Source: Meyerozyma guilliermondii
Lineage: Eukaryota
Direction: 5' to 3'
Assembly: GCA_051546255.1 (NCBI GenBank)
Contig: CP128816.1
Location: 868,001-932,000, forward strand
Length of the DNA: 64,000 nucleotides
The notes under the pieces are model-generated. The model ran no database searches and was not told where the DNA came from. It saw only the letters and a list, made by a program, of their open reading frames with translations. The stretch's first letter is position 1. Every line of letters begins with the position of its first letter. Below, one piece after another: positions 41,076-49,889 of this stretch. Both the position numbers and the translations under genes were made by a program.

Positions 41076-41390
41076 AGCCAATCCAGCCAACTAGGAAGGA
41101 ATAACCGGCTACCGGCTGATCTGACAAACTTGCTAGCAAGTTGCTTGACAGACAAATTGCTGAACTGCTAAACAAACAAATTGCTAATCTATACTTGCTA
41201 ATTCGCTAATTTGCATTCTCGCTATCACGTCACCTCTCATCCTTCGGTCAACTTTTTCATCAACTCATACCGCACTTGTTGCACTGACTTGTTCTGCTGA
41301 CTGGCGATCACCAACAAGTAGTCCCTGTTCTCCATTGAGTTCACTATGGTTTGTCGCCGTATGATTTCCTGATGACTAAGTGGGGCTGGC

Positions 41391-42329
41391 ATGGTTCTGT
41401 TTTTTGCCCAAACTCAATTCCTGTACGAATATCCAGGCGTCGCTCTGGCAAATACGCAGGACAAAACTGAGGTTCCAGTCATCGATATGCCTTCGGATAG
41501 AGAGAAACAGAGAATTTTGAGAGAGAGAAGGCAGGCCAAAATGGCCAAGGGGGGTGCTTCCGATAGGCTCAACAAGATCTTGTCCCAAGGAAGTTCGGTC
41601 AAGACGTCTGCTGTGTCGGTTTTGGACCAACCACAACCAGCAGACCATGATCCAGAAGGCATGGATATTAGCACTATTGCGTCCAAACCAACGCCAGAAC
41701 CAGAGCTTGATATCGATGCCATGTTAAATCTGGTCTTGGGAGGGAATATGGGAGCTGGAGGAGCCGCCAATGGTGATCCAGGCTCGGATCCATTCACTCA
41801 AATGATGATGAATATGATGCAAGGAGGAGGACCCGAAGGAATGCTTGGTCAAGAAGGCGGGACAAACCCCATGTCAGCCAATATGGAGTACCAGCAACAA
41901 CTCATTGCGTATAATCTCTATCAACAACGGAAAGTCAGACACAGGTTTCTCGTGGTGCGCATGGTGAGCATACTAGCCAACTTTGTGTATCATTTTTTGA
42001 CTATATCTGACTTTTCGTTTCTGCCCTCGGCCAACCCGTTCATCAGATCGATACCTCCAACTTCCTCGGTCAGCAGTTTTTTTCAAATCTTTGTCGCTAT
42101 TGAGGCGGTGTTGGTAGCCGCTTATATCGCAGCATCGAGAAACGTTCCCAGTAATAACAACGGACTTTTGGTTAAGGGGATATCTATGGCAGCTATGTTT
42201 GTGCCTAAACTTCAACGGTTCCAGCCACTCATCATGAAAATTATTGGGTGCTGGGACACAGTAACATTTGTGCTCAATGATTTGGGATTAGTGGTGTTGT
42301 TATTCGGGTTGATAAGTTTCCGTAGATAA
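41391..42329 (+). CDS. GET2: GET complex ER insertase subunit Get2 (start could be 41487)
   Basis: EKQRILRERRQAKM..G.ASDRLNKI motif and three C-terminal TM segments. Confidence 0.88.
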   Translation: MVLFFAQTQFLYEYPGVALANTQDKTEVPVIDMPSDREKQRILRERRQAKMAKGGASDRLNKILSQGSSVKTSAVSVLDQPQPADHDPEGMDISTIASKPTPEPELDIDAMLNLVLGGNMGAGGAANGDPGSDPFTQMMMNMMQGGGPEGMLGQEGGTNPMSANMEYQQQLIAYNLYQQRKVRHRFLVVRMVSILANFVYHFLTISDFSFLPSANPFIRSIPPTSSVSSFFQIFVAIEAVLVAAYIAASRNVPSNNNGLLVKGISMAAMFVPKLQRFQPLIMKIIGCWDTVTFVLNDLGLVVLLFGLISFRR

Positions 42330-42362
42330 CACCCCATACACACTATATACATTATATACATA

Positions 42363-43415
42363 TCACCAGTTGGCCTTCATGTTCTTGCGCTTGGCTTCAA
42401 TTGCCTTTTCTGCTCCTCCACTCTTCTTTCTCATGTTCCAAATGAGCAATCCAGCACTGAAGAATGAAAGCGAGAACCATGTCACCAAGTATTGCATATG
42501 GTTATTGCTAAACTTGACCTTGGGAGTGGCAGCAATGGGTACGCCTTGCTTTACAAATTCAAATTCCTGATACTCTTCTGGTCGATAATTTGTGGTTTCA
42601 TCTTTTTGCCAAAACTTCCATTTACTGGGTCTGGATTCATTAGGCCCTATCCATGGTTTATCCGTCAAATCGTATATCATCTGGCAGTAGATGGGCAAAC
42701 TTCCCAGCTGCTCTGCCATGGATTCGACATCTGGAACGTAAAAGAGCCGCGTACCCTCCTCATGGTCGAATTGCAAATTCAGCTTTTTGGGCATTACTCT
42801 GAAAAGTGCCTCGATTTCAATTTCTCCCTGTGGCATTGCCAAGTGTCTCAAGTAGTTTTTACTGTCGCTTCTCGTGGTGGGAATCACCTTGTCTTTGTGA
42901 ATCCAGCCTCTTTCAATTAAAAGTGGTTTTCCACCATCCAGACGAACAAATGGACATACCACCAAATATCCCGGGGTTCCGTCTTTGATACGGGGCCCTA
43001 AAAACATTTCTTGGTCATAGTCAAAGTGTCCTTTCACCTTGAACTTTCTATACTCAAATTCTGGAATTACTTCCGGATCTAAGACGGGAGGAAGGTGGTC
43101 GATGGGAGGTTGCACCAAAGCATTTTCACTTTTTGCAATCAAGTTTGCTTTCCAATTGAGTCTTTTCACCTGCCAGCAACCAAGTACAAAGCTTATTACC
43201 GGCATGGCGATCATCAAACCAAGAAAAAACCTTCGAATAATGGGAGTCTTAGCCTGCTGTTCTGCAGTGCGCAAATTGGTAGTTTTCGAAGTTATTGGTT
43301 TCCAGTCTATTGTTGGAGTTCTTACGAACCTTCGAGCCATAACATTTTTTGGGTTGCGTGGCAGACGAGAGATTTGGCAAAATACACGAGTACGGACTAA
43401 CTGAAGTCCGATCAT
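42363..43415 (-). CDS. SHY1: SURF1-family cytochrome oxidase assembly factor
   Basis: LGCWQVKRLNWK, FEYRK, FLGPR, IERGWI, NNHMQYLVTW. Confidence 0.93.
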   Translation of the reverse strand: MIGLQLVRTRVFCQISRLPRNPKNVMARRFVRTPTIDWKPITSKTTNLRTAEQQAKTPIIRRFFLGLMIAMPVISFVLGCWQVKRLNWKANLIAKSENALVQPPIDHLPPVLDPEVIPEFEYRKFKVKGHFDYDQEMFLGPRIKDGTPGYLVVCPFVRLDGGKPLLIERGWIHKDKVIPTTRSDSKNYLRHLAMPQGEIEIEALFRVMPKKLNLQFDHEEGTRLFYVPDVESMAEQLGSLPIYCQMIYDLTDKPWIGPNESRPSKWKFWQKDETTNYRPEEYQEFEFVKQGVPIAATPKVKFSNNHMQYLVTWFSLSFFSAGLLIWNMRKKSGGAEKAIEAKRKNMKANW

Positions 43416-43508
43416 CGTAGCACTGTAAAAGTGTCAAGGGTGCGGAACTTTAGAGTCTACTGGGTGCAGGAGACTGCATGTATTTTGCAATGGCTGCAAC
43501 TACACCTA

Positions 43509-44426
43509 TTAACAGTCACTGGTATACAAAACAACAAGCTGGAGCACAGCGGTGGCTCCGTCTTCCAAGGTGGTGAGGGTGCGGGTGGTGGAGGTGGAGT
43601 ACTCGCCGGGAGGCACGGAAAATGGAATGGTGGACACTGCTGGTGCTGCTGAAGATGCTGCTGAAGACGAAGTCGAAGCAGCAGAAGCAGACGAAGCAGA
43701 AGAAGCTGCAGAAGAAGCAGACGAAGCAACAGACGAAGCAGAAGAAGCTGCAGAAGAAGCAGAAGCAGCAACTGAAGAAGCGACTGAAGAACTGGTAGAA
43801 TCAGCAGAAGCAACTGTAGAAGCAACAGAAGAGGGGGCTGCGCTCTCAATCGAAACCAAAGTTGAAGCCGCTTCTGAGCTAGTCTGCTCCGCAACAGCTG
43901 AAGACAGCGTCTCGCTGGAACTCTCAGCCACGCTGCTCGAAGATGGCAAGGCCGAGGCAGGAGCCAACGTAAGTGGGCCAGAAGAGACTGGGCTCGACAC
44001 TGGGCTCGACACAGCTGGGCTCGACACCACTGGGCTTGACACCACTGGGCTTGACACTGGGCTTGACACCACTGAGCTTGACGAGCTCTCTACAGAGGTC
44101 GGAGCCTCTGTGGCTGGAACTGGAGTCTCCAGAGACTCTACTGGTGAGCTTGCAACAATTGGTGAAGTAACCGAAGTAGCTTGTCCCACAGACGTAGGAG
44201 TTCCGGTGGCCACCCTGAAAACAGTCAGACCCGTCACATAGTCAGTGGTGAGCTTACTGTCGGAATTGGTATAGATATAAGCAGTCTCATATATCTCTTC
44301 AATTAAACCAACCGTAGTAGTAATGGTGGTATAAGGAGTGGTAGTAACCGTGGTGGTACTGTCATAGGTGACAGCCATCACCGCGGCACATAATGAAAGG
44401 AGCGTAAGCAAGTTGGATGCGACCAT
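43509..44426 (-). CDS. Secreted Ser/Thr/Ala-rich cell-surface protein with internal tandem repeats, no obvious GPI signal
   Basis: Signal peptide MVASNLLTLLSLCAAVMA from ATG 44426; Thr-rich N-domain; SSPV and SSAA repeats; ends VVLYTSDC. Confidence 0.8.
   Translation of the reverse strand: MVASNLLTLLSLCAAVMAVTYDSTTTVTTTPYTTITTTVGLIEEIYETAYIYTNSDSKLTTDYVTGLTVFRVATGTPTSVGQATSVTSPIVASSPVESLETPVPATEAPTSVESSSSSVVSSPVSSPVVSSPVVSSPAVSSPVSSPVSSGPLTLAPASALPSSSSVAESSSETLSSAVAEQTSSEAASTLVSIESAAPSSVASTVASADSTSSSVASSVAASASSAASSASSVASSASSAASSASSASAASTSSSAASSAAPAVSTIPFSVPPGEYSTSTTRTLTTLEDGATAVLQLVVLYTSDC
43987..44082 (-). repeat. Coding minisatellite, ~7 copies of 12/15-bp units encoding (V)VSSP
   Basis: ctgggctcgaca / ctgggcttgaca(cca) repeated on the + strand. 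Confidence 0.85.
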
Positions 44427-44754
44427 GGGTCGGAGTTGCAAAATGGAATGTGACGTGGAGCGATGAGCATAGTTTCGAGCTCTTATGCTTTAAATAATGG
44501 CATCCCATTATGCACTGACCAGCCCGATGACGTGGAAAGCCTCGTATCCTATTGTGACGTGCTGGTTCATTGTCAAGATCAAGTGTTTTCGTCGCCGTAA
44601 ACGTGCACACCATCGTATATCTGCATCCCCATTCGGCCACTCACCTCCAATCGGTCGCGCAGCCAGCCGCTAAGTTGCAGGTAAATGTTCTTGGGTGTGG
44701 GTGTCTGGGTGCAAACTCGGATAACGCCATACTAAACAGCATGCTAAACGGCAA

Positions 44755-45189
44755 TCAAGTGCCCGTTCTGTCAGCTATATTTTTTATGCTAGGTTCCAAA
44801 TGCGGATACTCCTGGGCCATTTTCTGTCCAAGAACGTCTCGGAGTCGTTGAAAGCCCTGCATCCGGCCTTTAAGCCGAGCATTACTTTTGGCTGTAACCT
44901 CAACAAATTCTCTAGTGTAAACGTCTGGATTCCTTCCGTCTTCAATGTAGCTGATCACATCCAATGGCACAGAAAACTGGTTTGTAAAAGGAGCGGCAGA
45001 AATACCTGAAAGCTGACTAACCACTTGGTTGACTTTGTGGGTTAACGCATTATGAGATTGTTGTGTTCCCTGATTATCATGTACTAGAACTCCAAGTTCT
45101 ATGAGGGCCTCCACGAGGCCTTGGATTTGCTCGGACGTGGCCACAAGCGGCTGGTTTTCGGAATTGGGGACAATCGACGCCGTTGTCAT
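44755..45189 (-). CDS. NUT2: Mediator subunit Med10
   Basis: ELGV.VHD, VPLDVISYIEDGRNPDVYTREFVE. Confidence 0.93.
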   Translation of the reverse strand: MTTASIVPNSENQPLVATSEQIQGLVEALIELGVLVHDNQGTQQSHNALTHKVNQVVSQLSGISAAPFTNQFSVPLDVISYIEDGRNPDVYTREFVEVTAKSNARLKGRMQGFQRLRDVLGQKMAQEYPHLEPSIKNIADRTGT

Positions 45190-45300
45190 GTATAACCTAA
45201 ATGTGTCTGAATTTTAAACGATAGTCTTTACACCCACACACCAGGAATGCATACTGCTCGACTGCATTGAAATGCACGAAACTTGCAACAATTCAAGAAA

Positions 45301-45927
45301 ATGGATTCTCATCTTGTGACCCTACATTACGACTCGAAAAAATGGGAGTCTGCTCAACTGCGCAGCGAGTCCAGTACGCCGTCGCTGCCTAATGGGGCAT
45401 TCTACGACCAAAACAATACAGCAAATAACGAATCAGATTTTTCCAGAAAAAGCTCACCACCTTTTCGGATGCAAAACGATGGAAATGGCTACAAAATGGC
45501 TGAAAACGAGCATAGTGTCCATAATAAGCCACACGACAACCTCTATAGTGGTATGGGGACTTTTCTGACAACCAACACCATATATCTGCCGCAGAAAGTA
45601 CAGCCCTCGATGACCCATTTGATGGACAAACTGACCCACTTTACTCCACCCATTCTGTACCAGGCTCTTTCTCGCCCAAACCAGACCGTACAATCTGCCT
45701 TAACAGCTATGCAAAACTACAACATAGCCAATGAAAATGCAGAACAAGAATGGTTACGAGCTACGACTACCGTGGCAGAAAGATTGCACCATCTTAGGGA
45801 AACATACCGCACGATCCAATCTGTTAAACGAAAAAAGTCGCAGGGCCGCTCGGCACTACTCAATTCGACCCCGGCACCCCTGGAAGACGAAGCTAGCCAG
45901 GGACCTGACGATAGCAGCCTGCTGTAG
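45301..45927 (+). CDS. Hypothetical protein, 208 aa, family not recognised
   Basis: ATG-started ORF filling the space between NUT2 and the V-ATPase f gene; helical C-terminal half with KRKK. Confidence 0.6.
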   Translation: MDSHLVTLHYDSKKWESAQLRSESSTPSLPNGAFYDQNNTANNESDFSRKSSPPFRMQNDGNGYKMAENEHSVHNKPHDNLYSGMGTFLTTNTIYLPQKVQPSMTHLMDKLTHFTPPILYQALSRPNQTVQSALTAMQNYNIANENAEQEWLRATTTVAERLHHLRETYRTIQSVKRKKSQGRSALLNSTPAPLEDEASQGPDDSSLL

Positions 45928-46028
45928 GAGTGCACCCAAACACCATTTCCCTCTCTGTCCTGCACTTCACTACCACAAACCAACTTTAACTTCCGACGCA
46001 CGCACTATCTCTACAAATTAGCCCCAGA

Positions 46029-46283
46029 ATGAAAGCAGTGGTATCCAGTGGCAAAGCGTACTTTTGTACAGTGCTTTCCACCTTTGCAGTGGTTATATTA
46101 TCTGTTCTTGGTTTGTTGTTTAAAACCGGTCATGAGTCCATGATGGGCTCCATCAACGATCCTGAAGACGGCGGGGCCGTGGCAGGAACCATTTTTAAGG
46201 CAGTTTTGGTGTATTTGGCATTCTTTATCTTCTGTGGATGCCAGGTACTTTTGATAAGGAGACAGAATCGAATCCAGTTGTAG
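46029..46283 (+). CDS. V-ATPase V0 subunit f / RNASEK homologue (YPR170W-B-like)
   Basis: VVS.GKA..CTVLS.F.VVILSV...F...HES..GSINDPEDG; two TM helices; near NUT2 and JIP5. Confidence 0.88.
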   Translation: MKAVVSSGKAYFCTVLSTFAVVILSVLGLLFKTGHESMMGSINDPEDGGAVAGTIFKAVLVYLAFFIFCGCQVLLIRRQNRIQL

Positions 46284-46304
46284 TATAGGGTACATACCGA
46301 AGAC

Positions 46305-46470
46305 ATTAGAGAGAAAAGTGTAGAGAGAGAGAAGAGCGAAGAGAGAGAATTGAGGAAATTGAGAGGGAAATAAGAATGAAAAAAATAAGAGAGGATTGGG
46401 AGAAATAAGTGAGATAAAGAATGAAAGTATTGAAAATGGGTCAAAAGAGAAAATGAAGAGAGTGAGTTTA
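46305..46470 (+). repeat. GA-rich low-complexity tract
   Basis: Almost C-free agagag / gaaat / gaatga runs. Confidence 0.7.
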
Positions 46471-46699
46471 CGATGAATCGGAGAATGAGTGATTACTCGT
46501 CCCACCAACACGATTCCTTTCTGCCGCTTTCTCTTTCCTTGAGTATCCATGTCTCCATAAGCTTCACAATTCAATGCTTCCTTTTAATATACTTGCATTC
46601 ACTTAATTGACATTTTTACCAATTCCTCACCTACATTTATGTTCACTTTCCACTCTCATTTATATTCACTTTTCTGAACTATCCTTCAAGCCCACTTCC

Positions 46700-47716
46700 T
46701 CACAACTTGGCCACCGCCTCCTTTCCTCCAGCCCAGCTCACTCCTCCAGTCCAATCACACAAGTCAAAAACCACCTGTCTAACATCGTTCAATTCTTCCT
46801 TGGTGGCCCCTACATTCATGGCTCCCTTCAAGTGACCCTTGAGTTGAGGATTGACGTCTTGTGGGATCAAACTGGCAACAACACACATGGAAGTTTCCTT
46901 AGCATTCAAAACGTCAGTGTAACTGAGAAGTGGTCCATATACATTGTGGTATGCATGGTACCAAAGATCAGGGTATGCATTGATCATCTGGCGTCTCACT
47001 CTTGTGCTGATCTTCGAGTAGATAGCTTCCCAAAACCGGGATCCTCTCACCAAATCACTGTGAATCTGTTTTGAGTTGACAGAAACTGGAGATATTGGTC
47101 CATCTACGGTATCTTTGCAACCAGTACCATCGTTGTCGTCGCTTTCAAATTTGGTTCCAATTACATCCTCCTCCACCAACAGAGAAGACGCAACGTGCCC
47201 TGGGTTAACGTGGAGCCTACGCATCGGCTGGCCAGCAGGCCTCATCAGAGTGGGAGTTACCGTCTTCAAGATGGTCAACGCATTGATAGATTTCGGTAAA
47301 CCAGCAAGCGCGCTGGTCTTCAAAATCACCTCCCGCAACTTCAGACTGATGTTCATTTGGGTGGCATGGATATCATCGCCTTTAGAAAATTTGTAGGCTA
47401 ATGGAAGCTTGTCATAATACAGATATGGAATAAGTACATCCGGCAAATTGACCCCAACCGCCGTCAAATCTTCATACTTGGCACTGGAGCTGATAGAGTC
47501 CTGGGCAAGCGCTAACATGTATTTGTCGGTCAACAAGCTGGAATCAGCCAGGTATTCCAACAATTGTTGACGCAACGCAAAATGGTAAATTTTAGGTATT
47601 TCCCCCGGTTGGTTAATTACCGTCAAACATGCACAAGCTACGAGATACCAAGTCGTGTGCAAGCTGGGGTACTTGTAAGCCAATTTCACGAGTCGCTCAG
47701 CTGTTAATATTGACAT
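46700..47716 (-). CDS. PXP2: Peroxisomal AhpD-like protein Pxp2 (YJR111C-like)
   Basis: WYLVA, LRE.ILK...L.GLPK.IN, RG..FW..IY, YGPLLS, IPQDVNPQLKGHLKGA; C-terminal AKL (PTS1). Confidence 0.8.
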   Translation of the reverse strand: MSILTAERLVKLAYKYPSLHTTWYLVACACLTVINQPGEIPKIYHFALRQQLLEYLADSSLLTDKYMLALAQDSISSSAKYEDLTAVGVNLPDVLIPYLYYDKLPLAYKFSKGDDIHATQMNISLKLREVILKTSALAGLPKSINALTILKTVTPTLMRPAGQPMRRLHVNPGHVASSLLVEEDVIGTKFESDDNDGTGCKDTVDGPISPVSVNSKQIHSDLVRGSRFWEAIYSKISTRVRRQMINAYPDLWYHAYHNVYGPLLSYTDVLNAKETSMCVVASLIPQDVNPQLKGHLKGAMNVGATKEELNDVRQVVFDLCDWTGGVSWAGGKEAVAKL

Positions 47717-48206
47717 TGATCAAACAAAAGAAAGAAGTTAAGCGCTTGTGTGGGGCAGCTGGGGAAGTTTACCTGCAGGACCGCTTGTAGATCCGCGGTT
47801 ATGGTAGTGCGTAGAGCGTGCGATCGCTCCTGTGTAGTTGAGACATTTAAGCGCCGACGCCGATCGGCGCGATCGGCTACGATGATCGGCTGTGATAACT
47901 GCGATAATTCTCTGCGATCGGCTGCGATTAATGCTGCTTTGAGCCGCACGGCTTAGACTGGGGAATTACGATGATACTAGACGCTAATCAAATTGAAGCC
48001 AATTCAGTCCATTCTGTCCATTGGTCCATTTCGGTGGTAATAGTTGTATAATGAACCACGTTGTTGTATGAGTTCCTCTGAGTTCTATGTATGTTTGTTT
48101 TTCGAGTCGTATGGTATATGCCTCAAATCTCATTTCGCAGTCTGTAAATACCTCAATTTGCAGCCGACCTTGCTTCAACTTTAAATATAAAAGAAGCACC
48201 GTCTAT

Positions 48207-49889
48207 ATGTTTAAACCAACAAGAATGATAGACACTTTATCATCAACATCTTCGGGATCTCACACCTCGGAAATAAAAGAAGAAAATGAAATTCAGCGGT
48301 ACATCACCACGAACAATAATGTTGGTCACCTCGTGCGTGAATTACTGAGAGATGCTGGTTCCTTGGGTCCCTTGGAACAGCCATATGACCTCAAAACCTA
48401 CGAGTCTCACCCGCTTCCAGACTCTAGTTTTAATGAAAATGATCCATGGAAGATCCCCATCGATGCAGAGACTTCACTTCGATTGGTGGAATTTGTTGAA
48501 AACGACAAAGAAAACCCAAAGAATATGGGAACTGCAAGAAAATGGGTTATTACAGGTATCCTTGGCTCCATCTGTTTCGTGGTAGCTCTCGGTTCAGCCA
48601 TTGTCACAGGTGACTTGGAACGACCACGAGATTATTTCGGAGTGTCGGAAGAGGTAATCATCTTGGCATCAGTTACAATGTTTGTTTTAGGTTTTGGTTT
48701 TGGTCCTTGTCTCTTTGCACCGCTTTCGGAAGAGGTAGGAAGAAAACCAGTTTACCTTGTAACTCTTTTTCTTGGCATAATTTTCATTATTCCCTGTGGC
48801 CTCGCGAAGAATATTGCAACCTTACTTGTATGCCGTTTAATTGATGGTCTTGCATTTTCTGCTCCCATGACGTTGATTGGGGGATCTTTGGCGGATATCT
48901 GGAAAGATTCAGAAAGAGGAATGGCCATGGCAATTTTTTCTGCTGCTCCATTTCTTGGTCCAGTCACCGGTCCCATTTTCGGTGGACTCATAGGCGACTA
49001 CGCTTCAACTTGGAGATGGATATACTGGTGCTTTTTGATCATTGCAGCTTTTTTTTATGTTCTCCTTGCCTTGTTTGTTCCAGAAACCCATACAAATACT
49101 TTGCTCAAAAAGAGAGCAAAAATATTAAGAAAGAAGACCGGCGACAACAAATATAAAGCACTTTGTGAGCTCAAAGTTAGAAGCATCCAAACCGTGGCCA
49201 AGGACTCGTTATTGCGTCCTTTTGCTCTTTTAAGTGAACTCATCGTGTTCCTTATGACATTGTACATGGCAGTCGTCTATGGTCTTCTTTATATGTTCTT
49301 CTTTGCATATCCTGTCATCTACATGGAAGGTAAAGGCTGGTCCGCATCGAAGACAGGAATCATGTTCATTCCTATTGGAGTTGGAGTGCTTATTGCAACC
49401 GCCGCAGCTCCTTTTTTCAACAAGGATTATAATAGAAGAGCCCAACCTTATCGTGATAGAGGAGAGTTGGCACCACCAGAATTGAGACTTATTCCAATGA
49501 TGGTTTCATGCTGGTTTGTTCCTATCGGATTGTTCTGCTTCGCATGGACTTCTTATGAAAGAATATCATGGGCTGGACCTTGTTTCAGTGGTCTTGCTGC
49601 TGGTTTCGGGTTCTGTGCTTTATACAACCCAGCTAACAATTATATCGTTGATTCTTACCAGCATTATGCAGCAAGTGCATTGGCTGCGAAAACTTTGGTT
49701 AGGTCAATTTGGGGAGCTTGCGTTCCTCTTTTCACCATCCAAATGTACCACAGATTAGGTTATCAATGGGCAAGCAGTTTGATGGCATTCATCAGTCTTG
49801 GTTGTTGTATCATTCCATTCTTGTTTTATATCTTTGGTGCAAAAATCCGGAAATTTTCCAGATACGCATTTCACCAAGAAACTCACTAA
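48207..49889 (+). CDS. MFS DHA1 drug/polyamine:H+ antiporter (Tpo4/Nag3-Nag4-like); start may be 48225
   Basis: About 12 TM helices; [42 protein letters not shown]. Confidence 0.88.
   Translation: MFKPTRMIDTLSSTSSGSHTSEIKEENEIQRYITTNNNVGHLVRELLRDAGSLGPLEQPYDLKTYESHPLPDSSFNENDPWKIPIDAETSLRLVEFVENDKENPKNMGTARKWVITGILGSICFVVALGSAIVTGDLERPRDYFGVSEEVIILASVTMFVLGFGFGPCLFAPLSEEVGRKPVYLVTLFLGIIFIIPCGLAKNIATLLVCRLIDGLAFSAPMTLIGGSLADIWKDSERGMAMAIFSAAPFLGPVTGPIFGGLIGDYASTWRWIYWCFLIIAAFFYVLLALFVPETHTNTLLKKRAKILRKKTGDNKYKALCELKVRSIQTVAKDSLLRPFALLSELIVFLMTLYMAVVYGLLYMFFFAYPVIYMEGKGWSASKTGIMFIPIGVGVLIATAAAPFFNKDYNRRAQPYRDRGELAPPELRLIPMMVSCWFVPIGLFCFAWTSYERISWAGPCFSGLAAGFGFCALYNPANNYIVDSYQHYAASALAAKTLVRSIWGACVPLFTIQMYHRLGYQWASSLMAFISLGCCIIPFLFYIFGAKIRKFSRYAFHQETH

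Noticed and set aside
43552..44241. 229-aa Glu/Ala-rich + strand ORF (and the Leu-rich 43457-43894 ORF)
   Set aside because: Antisense or alternate-frame shadows of the Ser/Ala repeats in the secreted-protein gene, which has a proper signal peptide
44575..44586. AAGATCAAGTGT, matching part of U2 snRNA
   Set aside because: The flanking U2 sequence (upstream stem I and GTAGTA branch-pairing motif) is absent
46098..46574. 158-aa Phe/Leu/Ser-rich minus-strand ORF (likewise 17759-18088)
   Set aside because: Artefact of translating GA-rich low-complexity 3' flanks
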